Made by a program: the position numbers and the translations under genes. From positions 276,577 through 340,576 of the forward strand of contig CAZDPG010000001.1 of NCBI GenBank assembly GCA_964507275.1: a stretch of DNA of 64,000 nt, written 5' to 3'. Below the pieces are notes generated by a model. That model ran no database searches, was not told the origin of the DNA, and worked only from the letters and a program-made list of their open reading frames with translations. Positions 40,370-50,337 of the stretch are shown here, piece by piece. This DNA is from an uncultured Candidatus Saccharibacteria bacterium (lineage in GTDB: Bacteria > Patescibacteriota > Minisyncoccia > Phycocordibacterales > Phycocordibacteraceae). Position 1 is the stretch's first letter. Every line of letters begins with the position of its first letter.

Positions 40370-43129
40370 TTAGTTCGAGAGGTATCGCTCGCGAATCATA
40401 TTCTCAACTGTAGCACGGTCGCGGCCGTAGGTGAGCGAGGAGAGGTGCACGAGATCGTCTATCTGTGCGGGGTTCGTTTGTGGCAAATTCGGCGTCTTCA
40501 TATCAAAAGGCTTCTGCGGTATGCCTCCCACGAGTATCCGTACATAAGCGTTCCTATTCTCGATATTCACGAAATCGAGCGATTCAAAAACGGGAGCGAA
40601 CTGTTTCGCGAAGAATTCCGCGTCCTCCTCCCCCACGCGGAAGACCGCCATATTCCCGACGTTGCCGAAGACGGCACTGCGCGTTTTCTCTTCGATCTGA
40701 CTCAGGAACTGATGTGCCATAGAGAGGGCGAGTTTGTACTTGCGGGCTTCGGAGAGGATGCCTGGGATGGAGTCGGTAGTGACGTTCTGGAATTCGTCGA
40801 TGTAGAGATAGAACGGCGGGTATGGAGTACGCGGATTATCTGCGCGAGACAGGGCTGCCATGAAGAGCTTCCCGACAATAATGAGGCCAAGCAAGTTCGC
40901 ATTACGTTCACCAAGCCGACCCTTCGACAGATTCACGAGGAGAATCTTCTTCGAGTCCATCACCTCGCGGAAATTGAATGAGGACTTCTGCTGCCCCACG
41001 ATCGGACGTATGAAGTCGTTTGCAGTGAAGTCATCGAACTTGTTCGTAATATACGGGACGATATTCTCAAGAGCGGCATCACCGCCCGCCTTCGTCGCGA
41101 TGTCATTCCAGAATTGATTCACGACTGGGTTCATACTCTTCGCAAGTTTCTGTCGGCGGAACTCGCTATTGGAGAGCACACGAGCGATGTCGAGCATCGT
41201 CGAGCCACTCGCCGGATCCTCCATCACGAGCAGAGTCGCATTACGGAAATACTGTTCGAACGCCGGGCCCATGCTCTCAGGCACGTCACCGTAGAGCCGT
41301 TTGAAGATCATCAGGAGTTCATTCACGATGAACGTCTTCTGCTCAGGGCGCGCCATATCGTATTCGAGGAAGTTGAGTCCGAAGGGACGAGATAGGTCGG
41401 CAGGATCGAAATAGATGACATCCTGATACCGCTCGGGAGGCACCGCAGCAAGGATGTCGAGGATGTCAGAGCCGTGAGGATCAATGTAGCAACACCCGTC
41501 GCCATTCTGGATGTCCTGGATGATCATACTCTTCATGAGTCCAGTCTTACCGGTACCGGTCTGCCCGACGACATAGAGATGACGCAAACGATCCTCGGGA
41601 CTCAAGTGTATCTCGGTCACCGATCCTCGATACTCATTGACCCCAAACAGAGACCCTTCGCTCGGAAGCCCGAGCGGGGCTGGCGCGTGTGTGAAGCGCG
41701 ACTGCTTCAAATGCGGCGAGCTCTCAATGCCAGTCGGCGGGAAGTGATACAAGGTCGTGAGTTCACGAAGTGATAGCGGGAGTGCCTCCGCGCTCGGCAG
41801 GCGGAAGGAGAAATCTTCGAGCACCCGCGGCGCATGGCGAGCGTCCACGCGCACAAACTGCAACCGATTACCCTGCGTGTTCGCGAATTGATTGAACGCC
41901 GCTTCAAGATCACCGAGCACCTGATTCGCAACACCAGTGTCGCCCGAGGAGACGGCAAGACGCAACGTCGTACCGACGATGGGTGTCGCGATCTTCTTCT
42001 CCACTTGCTCAATATGCGCTTTATTCGCTTCAATCTGCCGCGTCTCGGCTTCCTTCGCTTTCTCGACATCCTTCGGTTTATTCCCGAAGAGCGTCTTGCT
42101 GAAGTCTCGCGCGATTTCGCCAATCATCGTCTCTGGCGTGTTGAATGCCGTGCCCTGCTTCTCGCCCTTGCGGAGCGCCTGGAGAATCTTCCGGTAGTGC
42201 TTCACGTGTCGCTCGCCGCGAGGTTCTATGATGATTTGAAGTGCTGCTCCTTCGCCAGTGTGTTCTATCTTCGCGAACGCATTCATGACGGCGTTTATCG
42301 GGTCATAATCGAAATCAGTGTATTCCTTGAGTGGAAGCGCCGGATTCTCTGCGAGGCGCGCGACCGATGCGAGCGCGGTTCCATTCGTCGCAAAAATGTT
42401 GTAGTCGTGCGGCTGAGGCATGAGATGCGCATCGGGGAATATCGCCAAGAGCTGCTTCTCGAAAAGATTACGCTTCCCGTTCGGCACCGCGGCATAGAAT
42501 TGGAGCTCAGGACTATCAGCGGGCACCGCAAGCTCGAGCGCGAAATAATTCGGTTCACCGTGCGTTGCGTCAGCGACCGAGAGGAGCCCGGCATAAAATT
42601 GCTCCATACCGGAGATGAGCTCCTTGAGCGTTTTCGCACGCGTGTGCGGTTCACCGCCCTTCGGACCGGGGAGTTCTATCTCATACAGCGTCATATGGAG
42701 CGCCTGAAAGCGCGGTGCTTTTTCGTCGAAACCAAGCGCGGGCAATCCAGCGGCAATATAGCGTACGAGATAGCGATGGAAATCGTCTGCAACATGCGGG
42801 TCGCCGAGCTTCTCAAGCACCGCGAGCGCATTCTTGATTCCCTTCTCTTCCATCGTCTTCTGCAGACTCCTCACGGCCTGCTCGCTTCCACCCATATTGA
42901 GATCAGCAAGTATCGCCTCTGCTTCGCTTATTTTCGTCGCTTCGCTTATGCGATATTCGGGCGCAAGCATTTCCTCTCCGGCTGCATGATGTGCATGCAG
43001 ATGCTCGACGATGACCTGTTCGCGTTCCGGCACACCGACCTCAGCAAGCTCCGCCTCCTTTGCAGCAACTTGCTCGCGCAGATATGCAAGCTCTTCCTCA
43101 GGCGTCGATAGTTTCGGTACTGATTCCAT
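40370..43129 (-). CDS. VirB4/TrbE-like (AAA_10/DUF87-type) P-loop ATPase, conjugation/T4SS-like
   Basis: Walker A LYVVGQTGTGKTGLMKS in the C-terminal half and Walker B FYLYIDEFQN, with a long N-terminal non-ATPase domain. The layout matches VirB4/TrbE rather than VirD4. Confidence 0.7.
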   Translation of the reverse strand: MESVPKLSTPEEELAYLREQVAAKEAELAEVGVPEREQVIVEHLHAHHAAGEEMLAPEYRISEATKISEAEAILADLNMGGSEQAVRSLQKTMEEKGIKNALAVLEKLGDPHVADDFHRYLVRYIAAGLPALGFDEKAPRFQALHMTLYEIELPGPKGGEPHTRAKTLKELISGMEQFYAGLLSVADATHGEPNYFALELAVPADSPELQFYAAVPNGKRNLFEKQLLAIFPDAHLMPQPHDYNIFATNGTALASVARLAENPALPLKEYTDFDYDPINAVMNAFAKIEHTGEGAALQIIIEPRGERHVKHYRKILQALRKGEKQGTAFNTPETMIGEIARDFSKTLFGNKPKDVEKAKEAETRQIEANKAHIEQVEKKIATPIVGTTLRLAVSSGDTGVANQVLGDLEAAFNQFANTQGNRLQFVRVDARHAPRVLEDFSFRLPSAEALPLSLRELTTLYHFPPTGIESSPHLKQSRFTHAPAPLGLPSEGSLFGVNEYRGSVTEIHLSPEDRLRHLYVVGQTGTGKTGLMKSMIIQDIQNGDGCCYIDPHGSDILDILAAVPPERYQDVIYFDPADLSRPFGLNFLEYDMARPEQKTFIVNELLMIFKRLYGDVPESMGPAFEQYFRNATLLVMEDPASGSTMLDIARVLSNSEFRRQKLAKSMNPVVNQFWNDIATKAGGDAALENIVPYITNKFDDFTANDFIRPIVGQQKSSFNFREVMDSKKILLVNLSKGRLGERNANLLGLIIVGKLFMAALSRADNPRTPYPPFYLYIDEFQNVTTDSIPGILSEARKYKLALSMAHQFLSQIEEKTRSAVFGNVGNMAVFRVGEEDAEFFAKQFAPVFESLDFVNIENRNAYVRILVGGIPQKPFDMKTPNLPQTNPAQIDDLVHLSSLTYGRDRATVENMIRERYLSN

Positions 43130-43271
43130 TTGTTTCTAGTATAAGGCATCCGTGCTCATATATTGAGCATTCGGTTGTGCATCTCCTCGAAATTAGGTAG
43201 AGTCTGACCGGTCTGAACATTCGTTTGAACCTTGTCATTTTCCACTCACAATAAAGAAAGCGAGGTGCGCT

Positions 43272-44285
43272 GTGCAAAACTACTTCATCGGCGGTGTCGG
43301 GATGAGCCTACCCATTATGGTCGGGGCTGGTGCCTGCAAGACCCCTATGAGCACCCTTCCGTATATGCGGCACGATGTTTCGGTGGGAGCTGTTTCCACC
43401 GGTTCATACACGCCCCAAATACGGACCGGCAACGAAGGGGTGCTGTCCTGGCCGGAAGATGCTTCTGAGTTCATGCAGGAGGTCGTTGGCCTCAATTCGT
43501 TCGGCATGCCGAACATGGGAAACGAGCGAGCGGCGGCAGAACTCAAGCGCTTCAGCCTCGCACACCCGCTCATCGCAAGTGTCGCCGGATTCTCTGTTGA
43601 CGACTACGTTGCAGGGGTACGAGCATTCGATAGCGTTCCGTGCGTTTCCGCCATTAAGGCAAATCTCGGATGCCCGAACGTACACGGCAAGCCGGTACCT
43701 ATCGCCTATGACCCCGACTCGCTCCTGGAAATCCTCGAGGCAATGTTCCAACTGCAACCCACGAAACCAATCTGGCTCAAGCTGTCGCCATACATTACCG
43801 CGAAGGAGCGCGACAATCTTCAATCGACCTATCCGCTCATCGATTTCTCCAACGTACCAGTGGTTGATCCGGGTTTTCTCGGCGACATCCTGAGCATCGT
43901 ATGGGAATATCAGCACTTTGTCCGGGCGGTCGTCTTCAGCAACACGCTGCCAAACGTCACCATCCTTGGTGAATCTGGGAATCCAGTCACGACGCCGAAC
44001 GGCGGCAAGGCTGGCCTTTCCGGAAAGATACTCAGGCCGATCTCTATCAACTTGATACGGCAAGCGGCAACCATGCTTCCGGGCCATGTTGATCTAATCG
44101 GCTCTGGCGGCGTCACGCATGGAGATCATGCAGTCGAGTATTTCGCCGCCGGTGCACAAGCGGTGTTCTGCACGTCCGGTCCTTTCTGGGCTGGGAACAA
44201 CCCGCGATTCTTCGCGGACATGCTGTCCGGAAGCGAACGTCTTCAGGAATACCTTTCGCAACATTCCCAACACAAGGAGGACTGA
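43272..44285 (+). CDS. pyrD: Dihydroorotate dehydrogenase family protein (class 1-like)
   Basis: FMN/substrate TIM-barrel blocks (NSFGMPN…, GSGGVTHGDHAVEYFAAGA). Directly adjacent to pyrC. A GTG start is possible. Confidence 0.8.
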   Translation: MQNYFIGGVGMSLPIMVGAGACKTPMSTLPYMRHDVSVGAVSTGSYTPQIRTGNEGVLSWPEDASEFMQEVVGLNSFGMPNMGNERAAAELKRFSLAHPLIASVAGFSVDDYVAGVRAFDSVPCVSAIKANLGCPNVHGKPVPIAYDPDSLLEILEAMFQLQPTKPIWLKLSPYITAKERDNLQSTYPLIDFSNVPVVDPGFLGDILSIVWEYQHFVRAVVFSNTLPNVTILGESGNPVTTPNGGKAGLSGKILRPISINLIRQAATMLPGHVDLIGSGGVTHGDHAVEYFAAGAQAVFCTSGPFWAGNNPRFFADMLSGSERLQEYLSQHSQHKED

Positions 44286-44288
44286 ACC

Positions 44289-45392
44289 ATGACGATGAAA
44301 GCATATCCGCCCTGCGTACTCGACATGGAGTACGCAGGGTCGACACTTACCATCACCCGGCCGGACGATTGGCATCTGCATCTGCGCCACGGCCGATACA
44401 TGGCCGATATCGTCGGCGACTCGGCACGGCGCTTCGGTCGGGCACTTATCATGCCTAACCTGAAGCCGCCGATTACGACCACCCTCCAAGCGTGGGCGTA
44501 CTACGAAGAAATCCGCGCGGAGGTGAAAAAACTCGATCTGGGTCACTTCGAACCCTTGATGACGCTCTATCTCACGGACAACACACCGCCCGACGAGATC
44601 AATCGCGCTAACGGAAGCACCTTCATGAAGGCGGTCAAGTACTATCCCGCCGGTGCGACCACCAACTCTGATTCCGGCGTGACCGACATCAGGCTGGTGT
44701 ACCCCGTACTGGAGCGGATGCAGAAGCTCGGCATGGTGCTGTGCGTTCATGGCGAAGTCACCGACCCCGACGTCGACATCTTCGACCGCGAAGCCGTCTT
44801 CATCGACCGTGTGCTCGAGCCGCTCCGCAAAGACTTCCCCGCTCTCAAGATCGTGCTCGAGCACGTCACCACGAGGCAGGGTGTGGAGTTCATCATCCAC
44901 GAAGAAAGGAATCGCCATCCGACCGCCGCAACCATCACAGCGCACCACCTGCTCCTGAACCGGAACGCAATCTTCAAGGGCGGCATCAATCCGCACCATT
45001 ACTGCTTGCCAGTATTGAAACGCGAAGAGCATCGCCAAGCGCTTCTGTGGGCAGCGACGAGCGGCAGCCCGTTCTTTTTCCTCGGCACTGACTCGGCACC
45101 GCATTTGCGCGGCACCAAGGAATCCGCGTGCGGCTGCGCCGGATGCTTCACGGCCCATGCAGGCATCGAGCTCTATGCCGAGGTATTCGAATCGGCTGGC
45201 AAGCTCGATATGCTCGAGAGTTTCGCGAGCGAGTTCGGCGCAGACTTCTATGGACTTCTGCCGAACACGGACACGATCACACTCGTGAAAGAGTCGTGGG
45301 AAGTCCCTGGACAGCTGCCGTTCGGCGACCACGTCGATGGCGTCGTCCCTCTCCGGGCCAGTGAGATGATGAAGTGGAAGATACAGGAGTAG
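44289..45392 (+). CDS. pyrC: Dihydroorotase (type II)
   Basis: [12 protein letters not shown] metal-binding motif and a conserved C-terminal Asp region. Confidence 0.9.
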   Translation: MTMKAYPPCVLDMEYAGSTLTITRPDDWHLHLRHGRYMADIVGDSARRFGRALIMPNLKPPITTTLQAWAYYEEIRAEVKKLDLGHFEPLMTLYLTDNTPPDEINRANGSTFMKAVKYYPAGATTNSDSGVTDIRLVYPVLERMQKLGMVLCVHGEVTDPDVDIFDREAVFIDRVLEPLRKDFPALKIVLEHVTTRQGVEFIIHEERNRHPTAATITAHHLLLNRNAIFKGGINPHHYCLPVLKREEHRQALLWAATSGSPFFFLGTDSAPHLRGTKESACGCAGCFTAHAGIELYAEVFESAGKLDMLESFASEFGADFYGLLPNTDTITLVKESWEVPGQLPFGDHVDGVVPLRASEMMKWKIQE

Positions 45393-45407
45393 TTCGCAAG
45401 AGCTTCG

Positions 45408-45444
45408 CGGGCGTCGGTACTACACCGGCGCCCGTATTTTTTTG
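45408..45444 (+). terminator. Rho-independent terminator after pyrC
   Basis: GC-rich stem cgggcgtcggt…accggcgcccg followed by tatttttttg. Confidence 0.55.
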
Positions 45445-45460
45445 CTAGAATACGTCGTAC

Positions 45461-46078
45461 ATGACTGACTTCCTACTCGCCGCCATCCATCTCGACCCGG
45501 TCGCTATGCTCACGGCCGGAGGCTACCTCGGACTCGCACTCGCGGTCTTCGCAGAGACAGGCCTCCTGATTGGCATTTTTCTTCCCGGCGATTCGCTCCT
45601 TTTCGCTGCCGGCATGCTCTCATCCGGCGGATTCCTCGCGATACAGCCTCTCATTCTGATTGTCGTCGTGGCAGCGATACTCGGCGATTCGGTCGGGTAC
45701 TGGCTCGGCATGAAAGCGGGAGATTCGCTTGCGCTGCGACCAGACTCGCGTTTCTTCAAGCGTGAGTACCTCGCGCGTACGGAGCAGTTCTTCGCGACAT
45801 ACGGCGGACGAGCGGTCGTACTCGCTCGCTTCGTACCCATCGTGCGCACGATTGCACCACTGTTCGCTGGAGCAGGATCCATGCGCTATCGGACCTTCCT
45901 CGCGTATAACGTGATCGGTGGAATCCTCTGGGGTGCCGGGATGCTCCTGCTCGGCTACTCGCTCGGCTCGATAGTGCCTGAGAGCGAGAAATACCTGCTC
46001 CCGATTTCGCTTGCCATCATCGCAATCTCGTTCTTTCCTATCCTCATCAATCTCGCCCGAGGAAAGCGCGTCGTCTAG
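45461..46078 (+). CDS. DedA/VTT-family membrane protein
   Basis: LPGDSLLFAAG…GRAVVLARFVPIVRT motifs. Confidence 0.8.
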   Translation: MTDFLLAAIHLDPVAMLTAGGYLGLALAVFAETGLLIGIFLPGDSLLFAAGMLSSGGFLAIQPLILIVVVAAILGDSVGYWLGMKAGDSLALRPDSRFFKREYLARTEQFFATYGGRAVVLARFVPIVRTIAPLFAGAGSMRYRTFLAYNVIGGILWGAGMLLLGYSLGSIVPESEKYLLPISLAIIAISFFPILINLARGKRVV

Positions 46079-46284
46079 AGACCAAGTCCGCCGAGCGTTG
46101 CCGTATATGAGCTGATGAATTGCGGAATAGCGAATGCGAGGCCGATGAGAGGCAGCACGATGAGAGTTATCGTGACGACACCGGTCCAGAAAAGATATTT
46201 GCGTGTCGATTCAGCGGATTGATACGCGTTATCGGCAATGGCGCGTATCTCATCAAGTTTCGCAGCAAGCTCGGGATCAATCAT
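46075..46284 (-). CDS. Small membrane protein (hypothetical)
   Basis: The internal Met start MIDPELAAKLDEIR avoids overlap with the next gene. Confidence 0.3.
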   Translation of the reverse strand: MIDPELAAKLDEIRAIADNAYQSAESTRKYLFWTGVVTITLIVLPLIGLAFAIPQFISSYTATLGGLGL

Positions 46285-46285
46285 A

Positions 46286-46621
46286 TTAATCGCGCCCCCA
46301 GGAATTGAAGACCCAGTTGATAACAGAGAGCACGACAGCAAAGAGGAACGCCTCCCAGAATCCGATGATCAGGAATCCAGGTACGAGATATGACGTGAGC
46401 ATCACAAGGAGCGCATTGATAACGAGAGAGAACAGTCCGAGCGTGAGGATATTCAACGGGAGCGTAAGAAGGAGGATAACCGGTCTGATGAAGAGATTGA
46501 GCGCACCCAAGACCACTGCGGCGACAAAGGCGACCATTGGCGTCACGACGACGCCCGGGACAATAAAGCTCGCAATAAGAATCGCGAGTGCTCCGATAAT
46601 CCAATGTAAGAATATTTTCAT
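46286..46621 (-). CDS. Phage-holin-4_2-like four-TM membrane protein
   Basis: MKIFLHWIIGALAILIASFIVPGV…LTLGLFSLVINALLV fits the PF04020-type pattern. Confidence 0.5.
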   Translation of the reverse strand: MKIFLHWIIGALAILIASFIVPGVVVTPMVAFVAAVVLGALNLFIRPVILLLTLPLNILTLGLFSLVINALLVMLTSYLVPGFLIIGFWEAFLFAVVLSVINWVFNSWGRD

Positions 46622-46628
46622 AGAATAA

Positions 46629-47342
46629 TTATACCAGCTGCACAATCACATAGATCGTGGCTGCACCGAAGAGCGTCATAATCGTCGTGAGGGCGCGCGG
46701 GTGCCGGTGATGACTCTCAGGAATAAGATCGCTCGCCGAGAGATAGAGGAAGGTGCCGGTGAAGACGGCGAGTACGAGACCGAGAGCAGACTCGGGGATA
46801 CTGAAGAACAGCGTCGAGAACACACCGAGAACCGGTGCTACTGCATCTACCAAAAGCCACTTGAAAGCGCGCTGCCAGCTCCCGCCGTTACGCAGTATGA
46901 GATTCACCGTGTTGATGCCGTCAGAGAAATCATGCGCAAGCACGGCTGCCGTGATGATGATGCCGACCGGTACCGATACCTGGAATCCGATACCGATTGC
47001 CATACCATCGAGGAAGCTGTGCGTCGAGAGCGTGAGTGCACCCAGGAATCCGCGCGGTGCATTCTCCTTCTCGTCTTCTTCGTGCGTATGGAGGAGGATG
47101 AGTCGATCGAGGATGAGGTAGCCGAAGAAACCGAGCGCGGCAAAGAGAGCGATGGTTGAAGCGGCATGGTACCGCGTACCGAGCTCAATCGCTTCCGGAA
47201 GGAGGTCGAAGATGGCGACACCGGCCACAGCACCCGCCGAGAAGCCGAGAACGAGATGCAGACGGTCACGGAACTTGAGTGCAAAGAGGCCGCCGATGAG
47301 GGTAGCCGCTCCCGCAGCGAGGGCAATAACCAAGATGTTCAT
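46629..47342 (-). CDS. ZIP-family metal transporter (ZupT-like)
   Basis: HSFLDGMAIG and HDFSDG metal-binding helices. The start is taken at MNILVIAL. Confidence 0.8.
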   Translation of the reverse strand: MNILVIALAAGAATLIGGLFALKFRDRLHLVLGFSAGAVAGVAIFDLLPEAIELGTRYHAASTIALFAALGFFGYLILDRLILLHTHEEDEKENAPRGFLGALTLSTHSFLDGMAIGIGFQVSVPVGIIITAAVLAHDFSDGINTVNLILRNGGSWQRAFKWLLVDAVAPVLGVFSTLFFSIPESALGLVLAVFTGTFLYLSASDLIPESHHRHPRALTTIMTLFGAATIYVIVQLV

Positions 47343-47411
47343 CCCGCCATGATACACCAATGCGCGGCTGGTAAAACCAGCCGCGCATTGGTACCAGAAC
47401 AATGGCGCGAC

Positions 47412-48101
47412 TTACTTCAGAGCTGCTTCAATCGAGGCCTGGAACTTCGCATACGGGTATGCGCCCTGGATGAGCTCCTTCCCGATGATAAGCGACGGGG
47501 TCGCATTGACACCGACCTTCTGTGCCTCAGCACGATCGGCATCAACAGCTGCCTTGTACGCATCTGTATTCGCCTTCACGTCCGCGGCAACCTTCGCCGC
47601 ATCGAGACCAGCGACAGTGGCGTTGAGCGCATCAATCGATGCAGCATCGCCGAACCCAATGTCGCCCTCGTCATCCTGCGCCGTCATCATTGCTTCGTGC
47701 CATGTAGCATAGGCCTCCGGATAGAGCTTCCATACCGAGCGACTATAGAGTGCGCCGGTAATGGAGTCCTCGCCGAGGAACGGGAAATCCATGAAGACGA
47801 CTTTCACTTTCCCGGTCTTAACATAATTCTCGACGATTTGTGGGAAGGTCTCGGTCTCGAAACGCTTGCAGAACGGGCACTGATAATCGCTCCAGAAAGC
47901 GATTGTGACAGGAGCATCGGCTGAACCGATAAACGGATCGCCCTCGGTCTTCACGTCCTTCACATCGACTGCTGCGAACGCGCCAGTACCTCCCGTGCCA
48001 GCAGGACGTGAGCCATTCCAGAGGACCGCGCCGGCGATAAGCAGTCCTGCGAGCAAGACCGCTGCTGGTAAAAAGTATTTGTTTTCGTTGTTGGTTTCCA
48101 T
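47412..48101 (-). CDS. DsbA-family thiol:disulfide oxidoreductase (secreted/anchored)
   Basis: CPFC active site within a thioredoxin fold. N-terminal anchor. Confidence 0.8.
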   Translation of the reverse strand: METNNENKYFLPAAVLLAGLLIAGAVLWNGSRPAGTGGTGAFAAVDVKDVKTEGDPFIGSADAPVTIAFWSDYQCPFCKRFETETFPQIVENYVKTGKVKVVFMDFPFLGEDSITGALYSRSVWKLYPEAYATWHEAMMTAQDDEGDIGFGDAASIDALNATVAGLDAAKVAADVKANTDAYKAAVDADRAEAQKVGVNATPSLIIGKELIQGAYPYAKFQASIEAALK

Positions 48102-48151
48102 ATGTGAGTGATGATACCATACGGGCAGAATGCACACCTGAGGAGAACCCT

Positions 48152-48625
48152 ATGAAAATCGCATCACTCGGCATCGTGCTTCAAGGCGACAAAATACTGC
48201 TCGGCGAAAAGAAGCGCGGGGAGATAGGGGCCGGAAAACTTTCTGGTCCTGGTGGAAAACTCGACCCTGGTGAGACCTGCGCAGAATGCATGTTGCGCGA
48301 AACGCGCGAGGAACTCGAGATTGAACTCGATCCCGCTTCACTTGAGCTCGTCGCACTCATCGACTTCTACGCCATCGGCGAAATCGATTTCCGCGTATAC
48401 ATCTATCGCGCGAAAATCCTGTCGGGCGAGATTCACGAGACTGACGACATGATCCCGGGATGGTATCCGCTCGATGACGCCACGTTTGACCGGACGTACG
48501 AGGCGGACCGCCATTGGCTCCCCAGAGCGGCACGAGGAGAGAAATTCTGCGCAAACGTCTACTACCTAGACCGTGCAAAGAAATTTGAACGCATTGAATT
48601 TTTCCCATTCGTCGAACCCGACTGA
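48152..48625 (+). CDS. NUDIX hydrolase
   Basis: Nudix box GPGGKLDPGETCAECMLRETREELEIE. Confidence 0.8.
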   Translation: MKIASLGIVLQGDKILLGEKKRGEIGAGKLSGPGGKLDPGETCAECMLRETREELEIELDPASLELVALIDFYAIGEIDFRVYIYRAKILSGEIHETDDMIPGWYPLDDATFDRTYEADRHWLPRAARGEKFCANVYYLDRAKKFERIEFFPFVEPD

Positions 48626-48627
48626 CC

Positions 48628-48658
48628 CAGCCGCGCTCATGCGCGGCTGCTTTTATTG
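48628..48658 (+). terminator. Rho-independent terminator after the NUDIX gene
   Basis: cagccgcgc-tcat-gcgcggctg followed by cttttatt. Confidence 0.6.
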
Positions 48659-49711
48659 ATACTGGACGTACACTGGTGACGGAGTGAGCTTCAATACCTC
48701 AGCAGGAGTGAGGAGGCCATTGGCTGGCGGTCGCACATCGTTCTTATAGAAGAGCTTAATACCCGTGAACTGCACTGGCTCCGGTATGATGACTCGGCTA
48801 TACGTACCGCGTTTCTTCTCTTTCGAGCCGAAGCCATCCATGTCTATGACAATCTGCACCTCCGGCAATGGCTCTATGTTTTTATAGTTGGTGATCATGT
48901 CCTGCGTGAAGCGGTGCACGATAAGCACCTTCGGCGGCAGGTGATTGTCCCGCACGATGCCTGCCAGATACTGCGCGGCATAGTTCACGTCAATAGCATC
49001 AAAGGTACCGATGACCGTACCGGGACGCTCATTATGCTTCATGGAGAACTCTGGATCGATAGCAAGATGCACCTGCGGCATCTTCAAGTACTTCTCAAGC
49101 TGAGGAAGTTCATACTGAAGTGTGCTCTGCGCTACTTGCACGTCGAGGAATACGATACCTCGCACTTGGCGAGCGAGATCAAGTGCATGGTCGATCTGAT
49201 CATCCGGCATTCGGAGGATGTACTTCCCTTCTTTCCCTGCCGTTGCCTGCGCGACGGTCGCTATGTAGTGAATTGCCGGCACGGCTGGTGTCGAGGGGTC
49301 AGCGGCCGTCCACATGGCCGTCGTACTCGCAAGCATCGAAAGCATCTGCTCAGCCGGGTATTCACCGAGCACGCCCATCTGTTTCGAATAGAAATTCCCA
49401 TAATACGCGACGATGCGTTTGAACGGCAGGATGGCTCCGGCATTGGGATACACCGCATCCACCGGCCACAAGCGAGGGGTCGATGTAGCTGTCGTCGTGG
49501 CAGTAGCGAGCGTCGATGTGCTCACGTGTGCGAGTGCGAGAAGCCGAGCATCATAATCCGCCTTGTCGAGTTCAGGAAGCGGGATGAAACGTTCTGGGGC
49601 GCCTGCATCAGGCGAGGTGTATTCGCTTATGACGAGATTCGAGTAGCCGAAGGTATACACGAGCGCGAGCATAGCGACACCTGTGATCGCCGTATGCCTC
49701 TTAGTAATCAT
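48653..49711 (-). CDS. Secreted hypothetical protein, possibly a TIM-barrel glycoside-hydrolase-like fold
   Basis: N-terminal signal/anchor and a Thr/Ala-rich linker. Blocks such as GIVFLDVQ and IDMDGFG hint at a GH-like barrel but the assignment is weak. Confidence 0.5.
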   Translation of the reverse strand: MITKRHTAITGVAMLALVYTFGYSNLVISEYTSPDAGAPERFIPLPELDKADYDARLLALAHVSTSTLATATTTATSTPRLWPVDAVYPNAGAILPFKRIVAYYGNFYSKQMGVLGEYPAEQMLSMLASTTAMWTAADPSTPAVPAIHYIATVAQATAGKEGKYILRMPDDQIDHALDLARQVRGIVFLDVQVAQSTLQYELPQLEKYLKMPQVHLAIDPEFSMKHNERPGTVIGTFDAIDVNYAAQYLAGIVRDNHLPPKVLIVHRFTQDMITNYKNIEPLPEVQIVIDMDGFGSKEKKRGTYSRVIIPEPVQFTGIKLFYKNDVRPPANGLLTPAEVLKLTPSPVYVQYQ

Positions 49712-49744
49712 GATGAGAGCATTCTAACTGAGTCGGACAGAAAG

Positions 49745-49778
49745 CGCCAAAGACAAAACGCCAGCATGAAGCTGGCGT
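49745..49778 (-). terminator. Rho-independent terminator downstream of the TnpA-like gene
   Basis: acgccagc-atgaa-gctggcgt followed (on the minus strand) by tttgtcttt. Confidence 0.5.
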
Positions 49779-49801
49779 TTACGTGAATCTACGCACGGGT
49801 C

Positions 49802-50290
49802 TCAACCGTGGACAAGACCTCCGGCGTAGGACAGGAGGCTGGTGACTTGATAGACCGCACTCCCTTTCGAGGGAACCTTATGGACTTTCTCGGAACCACA
49901 GAACGCTTCGAACCGCCCGGGGAACGGTCTGTTCCCATACGCCCGCAAACCGCGTTCGTAGTGGATCTGCCCCCGCCCGCCGATGAATTCCCTTCTCGCG
50001 TACGAGTGCAGAAGGACATGCCGGAGGAAAGGCAAATCCCGTTTCCTGCAGCGACCTTCGCAGTGCATGGACCAAATCTGCGTCCCTCTGAAGGAAATGC
50101 TCATCCTGGCATGCACGAGGACGGTCGACTTGAAGTCGTTGACAATCTTGAGCATCCCATAAAAGCGAAGACCGCCTTCTTGGTGGAAAAACGTCTGCCC
50201 AGACCATCCCGCCTCGGACGACAGCGCTCGGCGCATCGCCCTGAAGAAAAACAATTTTGTTTGTTCGACTGCTTCTTTCGGTATTTCCAT
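49802..50290 (-). CDS. Degenerate IS200/IS605-family (RAYT-like) transposase-like protein; possibly an inactive remnant
   Basis: About 163 aa counted from the internal Met. Segments …TQIWSMHCEG…RHVLLHS…RAYGNRPFPGRFEAFC loosely resemble the RAYT/TnpA HuH and GRF regions. An 11-bp perfect hairpin sits 20 nt upstream. The long Arg-rich N-terminal extension in the ORF track is likely spurious. Confidence 0.3.
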   Translation of the reverse strand: MEIPKEAVEQTKLFFFRAMRRALSSEAGWSGQTFFHQEGGLRFYGMLKIVNDFKSTVLVHARMSISFRGTQIWSMHCEGRCRKRDLPFLRHVLLHSYARREFIGGRGQIHYERGLRAYGNRPFPGRFEAFCGSEKVHKVPSKGSAVYQVTSLLSYAGGLVHG

Positions 50291-50311
50291 CTTGTTCTCC
50301 CGTTTTTGATG

Positions 50312-50337
50312 CATTGCACGATACCCATCGTGCAATG
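50312..50337. repeat. Perfect 11-bp inverted repeat hairpin (cattgcacgat-accc-atcgtgcaatg)
   Basis: Read directly. It lies between the rhodanese stop and the TnpA-like start, where IS200/IS605 elements carry their subterminal hairpins. Confidence 0.6.

Noticed and set aside
41834-43111. 425-aa plus-strand ORF antisense to the VirB4-like ATPase
   Set aside because: Extremely Arg-rich, and the sense strand carries the Walker motifs.
43404-44087. 227-aa minus-strand ORF inside pyrD
   Set aside because: Antisense to a well-supported gene, Arg-rich, no motifs.
44094-45332. 412-aa minus-strand ORF fully inside pyrC
   Set aside because: Arg/Ala-rich low-complexity translation typical of antisense frames in high-GC DNA. 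The sense strand encodes a complete, motif-bearing dihydroorotase.
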